The position numbers and the translations under genes were made by a program. A stretch of DNA of 64,000 nt from a virus. Lineage: Duplodnaviria > Caudoviricetes. The notes below the pieces were generated by a model, which worked only from the letters and a program-made list of their open reading frames with translations, ran no database searches and was not told where the DNA came from. This document shows positions 59,273-64,000 of this stretch, one piece after another. Each line of letters begins with the position of its first letter. The first letter of the stretch is position 1. The stretch spans positions 1 through 64,000 of IMG/VR virus record IMGVR_UViG_3300010356_000998; one strand, given 5' to 3'.

Positions 59273-59370
59273 TGACACTAGCAGGAATTTAACCTACCAC
59301 AACCGCAGAAGAACTAGTATTACGTTGGTTCGCCCACATACAAATGTAGTGTTCAGGAACATGTAGTGTC
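59273..59370 (-). ncRNA. tRNA-like RNA with a non-canonical D/anticodon region
   Basis: Perfect acceptor GACACTA/TAGTGTC plus A, and T arm GTAGG-TTAAATT-CCTGC. The interior is not a standard cloverleaf. Confidence 0.55.
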
Positions 59371-59376
59371 GAGTTT

Positions 59377-59646
59377 TTAATTATAGATAGATTGTAATAA
59401 TCTACCTAAAATGTGTTTGTTTTTTGGATTCCATCCGTTGATTACTCTCATGGTGGAATCAACATATAAATTCGATAATCCACGATGTATTACATGTGGC
59501 TTACTTGAATTCATAATGTTATCTATTTGTTGAGTATTTAATTCAGGTATTTCAAATTGTACATCAGCAAATGATTTATAAGCCTGTGTACAATCTTCAT
59601 AATCTGAAATAAATAATTGCGGATGCTGTTCTGGTGATATTATCAT
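59377..59646 (-). CDS. Hypothetical protein
   Basis: 89-aa ORF. Confidence 0.45.
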   Translation of the reverse strand: MIISPEQHPQLFISDYEDCTQAYKSFADVQFEIPELNTQQIDNIMNSSKPHVIHRGLSNLYVDSTMRVINGWNPKNKHILGRLLQSIYN

Positions 59647-60065
59647 GATGTTACATATTTAACAGCGTTAATGTAATCGTTTTTTAAAGGACTACCTGCA
59701 TAATATTTCTTAATTCTTTTTATTACTTCTGCAGGATATTCTCCATGTATACCACTACCATTACATATCCATACTTTTCCTTTATAACCGTAAATGGTTC
59801 TTTCTTTATAACCCAAATGTCTAGATACTTTAATTTTGGGTACATATACAATTTGGTTATAATTATAAATAATAAGACTAACTAAAACTATAAATACTGG
59901 AAAAGCAATTAATGTTTTGAAAAATTCTACTTCTATTGGATAAGTTTTCTTTTCCGAATTTAATAAAGAAATTGCTGACTCTAAATCTAATGCTAAATTA
60001 TAATTTAAATAATTGTTAATTAAATTTAGCATAATTAAAATCATTAAAAGAATTAAAAGTTCCAT
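59643..60065 (-). CDS. Membrane protein
   Basis: Two hydrophobic helices. Start moved to MELLILL to avoid the upstream tRNA-like gene. Confidence 0.5.
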   Translation of the reverse strand: MELLILLMILIMLNLINNYLNYNLALDLESAISLLNSEKKTYPIEVEFFKTLIAFPVFIVLVSLIIYNYNQIVYVPKIKVSRHLGYKERTIYGYKGKVWICNGSGIHGEYPAEVIKRIKKYYAGSPLKNDYINAVKYVTS

Positions 60066-60120
60066 AATTAAATATTTAAGAATGATAAAAATCAAAGAAG
60101 AAAAATGATAAAACTGTCTT

Positions 60121-60193
60121 TGTTGCATACGGGGCTCGAACCCGTAATTCAAAATCCGAAATTTTTGCGATCAACCAATTGATCTAATGCGAA
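60121..60193 (-). tRNA. Degenerate tRNA, probably Arg(TCG)-like
   Basis: Good D arm (GATC/GATC) and T arm (ACGGG-TTCGAGC-CCCGT). The acceptor has mismatches and the anticodon loop is (A)TTTCGGA. Confidence 0.55.
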
Positions 60194-60219
60194 GTAAGTT
60201 TTATCTAACTATCTTTGAT

Positions 60220-60296
60220 TGGTGGCGGGTACGGGACTTGAACCCGTGATCTCCAGGTTATGAGCCTGGCGAGATACCAACTTCTACCAACCCGCT
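60220..60296 (-). tRNA. tRNA-Met(CAT), initiator-like
   Basis: A1xC72 mismatch, CCAGG-CTCATAA-CCTGG anticodon arm, encoded CCA. Confidence 0.88.
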
Positions 60297-60311
60297 ATTT
60301 GTTTCTTCAAA

Positions 60312-60491
60312 TCACTTAATAAGTATGATTATCGCTAATACCATCAAACTTGATACGACAGCAACCGTTGAAGTTATCCGTTCATATTTAGGGTGTGGTG
60401 TATCTTCAAGATACCTGTAAGTTAGGTTAAGTGCAGTTGCAGTAAAGGCAACTCCGAACAAAAACATCTCTATACAAAGTATCCAATTCAT
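60312..60491 (-). CDS. Small two-TM membrane protein
   Basis: Start MNWILC, downstream of a structured RNA. Confidence 0.45.
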   Translation of the reverse strand: MNWILCIEMFLFGVAFTATALNLTYRYLEDTPHPKYERITSTVAVVSSLMVLAIIILIK

Positions 60492-60501
60492 TTCAAAAAG
60501 G

Positions 60502-60603
60502 GAGTCTTGATCCCTATGCACCCGCATTAGAGGAGTTCACTCGCTGGTTAATTCCAGATGTGCATCTTAACTCCATCTATCAACAGTTTTACGGTCAAGA
60601 CTC
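60502..60603 (-). ncRNA. Candidate stem-closed pseudoknot RNA (element B)
   Basis: GAGTCTTGA/TCAAGACTC closing stem; crossing helices GGAGTT/AACTCC and ATGCAC/GTGCAT. Confidence 0.5.
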
Positions 60604-60611
60604 TTTTTTTA

Positions 60612-60707
60612 CCTGGTCGCCTTTCGACTTAGAGGACTTTGCCCAGAGTTTTATGGTGAGGTGTCTTTCGACAAGGATGCCATCGTTTTAGCAACCCAAC
60701 TCCCAGG
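60612..60707 (-). ncRNA. Candidate structured RNA with two GAAA tetraloops (element A)
   Basis: CCTGG/CCAGG, GAGTT/AACTC, TTGCT/GGCAA, ATGG/CCAT, TGTC-GAAA-GACA and GTC-GAAA-GGC. Confidence 0.5.
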
Positions 60708-60722
60708 GACTATAACCATCGG

Positions 60723-60846
60723 TGGGGGAGGCTAGAATCGAACTAGCGACAGTCAGCTTTGCAGGCTGATACTCTACCGATGAAACTCTTAAATAACTAC
60801 CTTTCGGAGAAAATTTAAAGAGTTGTTGTAACTGAGTTACTCCCCC
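60723..60846 (-). tRNA. tRNA with GCA (Cys) anticodon, A73 and a 51-nt hairpin insertion in the D-loop
   Basis: All four stems pair perfectly: GGGGGAG/CTCCCCC, ACTC/GAGT, TCAGC/GCTGA, GCTAG/CTAGC. The insert spans 60780..60830. Confidence 0.8.
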
Positions 60847-60855
60847 ATTAGTTTT

Positions 60856-60923
60856 AAAACACTATCCCTGCATACGCACATCCGGGATCAGACGTAGACC
60901 AACGCCGTATGTTATAGTGTTTT
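60856..60923 (-). ncRNA. Candidate structured RNA (element C)
   Basis: AAAACACTAT/ATAGTGTTTT, CATACG/CGTATG and GCGT/ACGT. Confidence 0.45.
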
Positions 60924-60928
60924 GTATT

Positions 60929-61282
60929 TTAGGCTACTTGAAAAGTATTTTGTTTCTTAGCACCTCTTGTGCGTCTTCGATAATTGTGATTCATCTTGAG
61001 AATATCACACAATTCTCGACACTTGGTAACAAAGAAATCATTTCGATCTCTTATGGGTAATCCCTCACTGTCAAATTTCCATTGTGGATCAACCATAGCT
61101 TTACCGGCCGCTTTTGTACGACCTGTTTTGCGACAAAATTGATCTGCTCCATGACAATAAGACATACCAATTCGAAGTTCGTCGTTAACGAAGATGCCGG
61201 CAAATGATGCACGGCTTTTGTACAAACGTTTTTTTCCGCGCTGTTCGGGCGGATTAACGTGAAAAAACATTAGCTTTTCCAT
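60929..61282 (-). CDS. Hypothetical phage protein
   Basis: C...DQFCRKTGR motif. Start moved to MEKLMF because the longer ORF overlaps tRNA-Trp. Confidence 0.55.
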   Translation of the reverse strand: MEKLMFFHVNPPEQRGKKRLYKSRASFAGIFVNDELRIGMSYCHGADQFCRKTGRTKAAGKAMVDPQWKFDSEGLPIRDRNDFFVTKCRELCDILKMNHNYRRRTRGAKKQNTFQVA

Positions 61283-61312
61283 AAATTTGTTTTTAAGTGA
61301 AAAAATATTTAG

Positions 61313-61385
61313 CGAATGCGGCAGGATTCGAACCTGCAACCTTTGGTTTTGGAGACCAATACTCTACCAATTGAGCTACGCAAAC
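61313..61385 (-). tRNA. tRNA-Trp(CCA)
   Basis: TTGGT-CTCCAAA-ACCAA anticodon arm, G73, two U.U mismatches in the acceptor stem. Confidence 0.85.
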
Positions 61386-61390
61386 GTTTT

Positions 61391-61471
61391 ATTTAAGATA
61401 GCCGCCCAGGACAAGTAAACTGAATTACGATCGGTGTTCCTGCTTCCTTCAGCTATACGGCTAACTTAAAT
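61391..61471 (-). ncRNA. Candidate stem-closed pseudoknot RNA (element D)
   Basis: ATTTAAG-T-TAGCCGT/GCGGCTA-T-CTTAAAT closing stem; crossing helices GCTGAA/TTCAGT and CAGGA/TCCTG. Confidence 0.5.
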
Positions 61472-61473
61472 TT

Positions 61474-61676
61474 GACCTGCTAGAGAGGGCTTGAACTCCT
61501 CAACTACTTACTTATAAGGCATATACTTTACCAGTTGAACTATATCCGCCAATAGAGGTTTATCATCCTTTGATGACTTAATGGTTGTCACTGCCATTTT
61601 TCAGGTATTCTTAAGTAACCCTGTTCCATTTTCCTCTATTGACGGAACGACTAGACTCGAATTAAATTACGCAAGC
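61474..61676 (-). ncRNA. tRNA-like RNA (TAT anticodon) with a ~126-nt structured D-loop insertion
   Basis: GCTTGCG...GCAGGT acceptor, ATTT/AAGT D stem, CTTATAA anticodon loop, TTCAAG T loop. The insert has a 14-bp stem TCCGTCAATAGAGG/CCTCTATTGGCGGA. Confidence 0.55.
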
Positions 61677-61681
61677 GTTTT

Positions 61682-61870
61682 TTAAGATAATTCTTTATAT
61701 TTTTCAATTATTCTTATATAGAATAGAATACCACATAAAGCATATAAGAATTCTTTTTTTGTTAAATTAGTACCATACTCATCAAGTAAATCATCTATTG
61801 ACATACCTAAATTTACCAACCATTGTGATACATGAATAATTAATAAAAATATTATAAAAAATGTTATCAT
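61682..61870 (-). CDS. Small membrane protein
   Basis: Start MITFFII; hydrophobic. Confidence 0.45.
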   Translation of the reverse strand: MITFFIIFLLIIHVSQWLVNLGMSIDDLLDEYGTNLTKKEFLYALCGILFYIRIIEKYKELS

Positions 61871-61882
61871 AATCGAAAAGTT

Positions 61883-61949
61883 AACGGGTAAATGGGGAGA
61901 GTTATGTTGTGACACCAAAAAGTCGAAGTAACTCTCCCCTAACCACGTT
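61883..61949 (-). ncRNA. Candidate Y RNA (Ro60-binding stem, YrlA-like, lacking the tRNA module)
   Basis: AACGTGGTTAGGGGAGAGTTACTTC...TAACTCTCCCCATTTACCCGTT forms a terminal stem with an 11-bp core, about 165 nt downstream of the TROVE gene. Confidence 0.55.
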
Positions 61950-61962
61950 TATATTTTAAAGA

Positions 61963-62091
61963 ATTTACTGTTTGCTAGGTGATGCTATTGTTAAACCTGT
62001 GCAAAATGATAATAGTAGCATGAAAATATAAAAATATTCATCACTACTACACATTGTAACAATAACACCAATTACTGTAATAACAGTAAAT
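61963..62091 (-). ncRNA. Long imperfect hairpin immediately downstream of TROVE
   Basis: ATTTACTGTT/AACAGTAAAT, TGGTGTTATTGTTA/TAACAATAGCATCA and TAGTAGT..ATGAA/TTCATGCTACTA. Confidence 0.45.
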
Positions 62092-62113
62092 AACAAAGCT
62101 TTTTGTTTATATG

Positions 62114-63757
62114 TCATACAAATTCAATTGATTTAACTGTTTGAATTATTTCATTTGGATTGAATTCCACATGTTTGATTTGTTCAAACACATGATTTCC
62201 ATATCCATAGATATAATGTACTTTTGGCCCAACTAATTGAGTTGTGCCGTAGGCTGCTAAATCAACTGAATACACGTAAGGTCTTCCACACTTTTCTATA
62301 TAATCCTGATATGCTTTGTAAGTATTACCTACATTACATTCATGATCAGAGAAAATGAATACACGATCGTACTTTTTAGTAGAAGCGAGTTTCCAAGCTT
62401 CTGCTAAATTAGTTGAGCCCATTTCAGATTTAAATCCAGAAGCAATTGTAAACACATCATCACTGATTTTATAGTTTACATAATTTGCTTTAGACCCAAA
62501 TCTAATAATATCCGCATTTGTAGCTTTAGCGATAGTAGCTGCTAACAAACACGCTTTATCACCAGCGTATGATTTGTAAGTAACTGCATTATTTCGATTG
62601 CCGTTCTTTACATAACCATTTAGCATCCACATTGAACCAGACTGATCAACAATAACAAGAGTATTACCTGTAAGCAATTCAGCGAAGTTTGGAATACTTT
62701 GCTTATAACCTACTGTTAATTCTTGTACAATTCTTCTTGATTCAGGAGAATTGAATTCATTGTTAATTACTTCAATAGCAATGTCGAAATGATATGGCAT
62801 TATTTTACCTTGTATAACCTTGTTAGGGTCAGATACAAGAGCACATAACATATTTACAGTATCTCTTGTCGGATTTGACAAAAGAATACTACGGATATTG
62901 CGCAGTGCTGCCATAATACCAAGACGACCTTCTGACAGCAACTGATTCCAGTTTTGCTCTTTAGCTTCTTGTAGAAGTTGTTGAGCTTCTTGCTGGTTAA
63001 TATTACCTTCACGTACAGCACGAGCAATTTCTTGCCCAGCTTCACTCTGAGCATTCTCCCATGTATGAGCAGGAATGTTATTTCCTCTCATAATATAGTC
63101 AAGTGCTGCAACACTATGTGCTTTTTCTAATGATATTTCTGGTGTTTTCCAAGGATTAGGATGCACCATATTAGCAACATCACGAATTTGTTTCGTGTAT
63201 TTGCCAAAATTATACAAATCCAATCCTTCAATCGTCATAGCAAATCCTTTCTTCATGGAAGCAGGCAGGGATTTGTTATTATTCAATTTATAATATGCCA
63301 TAATTTCAGACATATCGTCAGTTCTGAAAATAACACCGCCTTTCTTAGTTTTTTTATTCCAAGCAGAATAAAAATACTTTGCCCATGGTTGACCAGAAAT
63401 GTATGGAGCAATTGTTACTGCAGCTACATGAGATACAGAACGTAGACCTTCTCCCAAACAGCGAGAATAAACAATACATTGTGCTGTGAAATATGGATTT
63501 TCTTTAGCACATTCGATAACAACAGCTTTCAAATTACGAATCTGTTGAGATTCTGATTTATAATACTGTTGTTCTAGTTTTAGCGTATTAAGCATAGAAA
63601 GTAGTTTTAACCACTTATCCATATTATACGCTGGTGAGCCACTGATATTAGTAGCTTTTGGTGGTGCTGCTGTTTGTTTCTTTTTATGTGAAACAAATGA
63701 AGCAGTTTGATTCTTACCATCCAACTTTTTTTTGAGTTCGGAGTTAAATTTTGACAT
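62114..63757 (-). CDS. Ro60/TROVE-domain RNA-binding protein with a C-terminal vWA domain
   Basis: GLRSVSH, RTDDMSEI, YNFGKY, HP, HTWE, MAALRNIR, and vWA MIDAS VDQSGSM...TNL...FSD. Confidence 0.88.
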   Translation of the reverse strand: MSKFNSELKKKLDGKNQTASFVSHKKKQTAAPPKATNISGSPAYNMDKWLKLLSMLNTLKLEQQYYKSESQQIRNLKAVVIECAKENPYFTAQCIVYSRCLGEGLRSVSHVAAVTIAPYISGQPWAKYFYSAWNKKTKKGGVIFRTDDMSEIMAYYKLNNNKSLPASMKKGFAMTIEGLDLYNFGKYTKQIRDVANMVHPNPWKTPEISLEKAHSVAALDYIMRGNNIPAHTWENAQSEAGQEIARAVREGNINQQEAQQLLQEAKEQNWNQLLSEGRLGIMAALRNIRSILLSNPTRDTVNMLCALVSDPNKVIQGKIMPYHFDIAIEVINNEFNSPESRRIVQELTVGYKQSIPNFAELLTGNTLVIVDQSGSMWMLNGYVKNGNRNNAVTYKSYAGDKACLLAATIAKATNADIIRFGSKANYVNYKISDDVFTIASGFKSEMGSTNLAEAWKLASTKKYDRVFIFSDHECNVGNTYKAYQDYIEKCGRPYVYSVDLAAYGTTQLVGPKVHYIYGYGNHVFEQIKHVEFNPNEIIQTVKSIEFV

Positions 63758-63761
63758 TTTT

Positions 63762-63959
63762 TTAATTTTCAAGATGAACAATTTTTACTACATCATCTGC
63801 ATAAAAAACTGTTTGATCATCTTCGTTATAAAAATCTGGTTCTATAGGAATAATTAAGTCTATTGCAAAATTTTTATCATCGTAATAAAATTTAATTATT
63901 CCTGTAAACCAATTTTCATTAATAGTTTTAAAAGCAACAATTGATCCTTTTTGCATAAT
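63762..63959 (-). CDS. Small hypothetical protein
   Basis: MQKGSIVAF..., located between a tRNA and TROVE. Confidence 0.4.
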   Translation of the reverse strand: MMQKGSIVAFKTINENWFTGIIKFYYDDKNFAIDLIIPIEPDFYNEDDQTVFYADDVVKIVHLEN

Positions 63960-63971
63960 AATTTGATTTAG

Positions 63972-64000
63972 AGCCACGTAAAGGATTCGAACCTTTGACC
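63972..64000 (-). tRNA. 3' end of a tRNA, truncated by the window (Thr-like acceptor)
   Basis: AAAGG-TTCGAAT-CCTTT-ACGTGGC-T; the anticodon lies outside the window. Confidence 0.6.

Noticed and set aside
57026-61471. tRNA-associated HDV-like theta ribozymes
   Set aside because: The pseudoknots lack the HDV order with a UCC-type L3, the GG of P1.1 after P1 and the catalytic C in J4/2, so they are kept only as unknown RNAs.
61474-61676. tmRNA (one- or two-piece)
   Set aside because: There is no G3.U70 alanine acceptor, an anticodon arm is present, and the RNA is too short. The internal 13-codon ORF (MEQGYLRIPEKWQ) lacks a tag-like C-terminus.
57801-61918. Long N-terminal extensions of ORFs 57801, 59643, 60312, 60929 and 61682
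   Set aside because: The extensions overlap tRNA or structured RNA genes; downstream ATGs are more plausible starts.
57000-62100. CRISPR array or mini-array in the ncRNA region
   Set aside because: There are no regularly spaced direct repeats; the similarity is structural, not repeat-spacer.
9419-63445. Short overlapping or antisense ORFs in the track (e.g. 9419, 11254, 14277, 24231, 32686, 33157, 36342, 37486, 38259, 41199, 43181, 47608, 49138, 52210, 53629, 54709, 55534, 57308, 62854, 63161)
   Set aside because: They lie within or opposite well-supported genes, have no recognisable motifs, and show composition typical of shadow frames.
1-64000. Stop-codon reassignment (TAG or TGA), as in some crAss-like phages
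   Set aside because: Genes are full length in the standard code, several end in TAG or TGA with tight coupling to the next gene, no suppressor tRNA was seen, and the breaks in RNAP and nrdJ are explained by introns.

Overview
A 64 kb, very AT-rich segment of a crAss-like (Crassvirales-type) phage genome, probably infecting a Bacteroidota host. Bases 1-23.7 kb (+ strand) hold the ejected/virion protein operon. It includes a ~2350-aa virion RNA polymerase whose DFDID catalytic motif is split by a group I intron carrying a LAGLIDADG endonuclease, plus ferritin, an ART-PolyVal protein, DUF5675 and a PD-(D/E)xK giant protein. A bidirectional terminator separates this from the - strand module. That module holds an NAD+ salvage cassette (PRS-like, macrodomain, NAMPT-like), nucleotide-pool enzymes, a six-enzyme amidoligase/ATP-grasp/GATase cluster, UDG, primase, helicases, a class II RNR split by two group I introns, and PolB. 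The final 7 kb is an early region with tRNAs, many unexplained structured RNAs and a Ro60/TROVE gene. The most notable observations are: (1) a Ro60-linked ncRNA array with a Y RNA candidate, two tRNA-like genes with long hairpin insertions at the same D-loop position, and several stem-closed pseudoknot RNAs; (2) an nrdJ group I intron that carries two non-endonuclease ORFs, one reading through the ribozyme core; (3) an RNAP intron that appears to lack the terminal omega-G; (4) giant ejection proteins whose only cysteines sit at their termini in a head-to-tail pattern. All structures were read by eye; no searches or folding programs were run.
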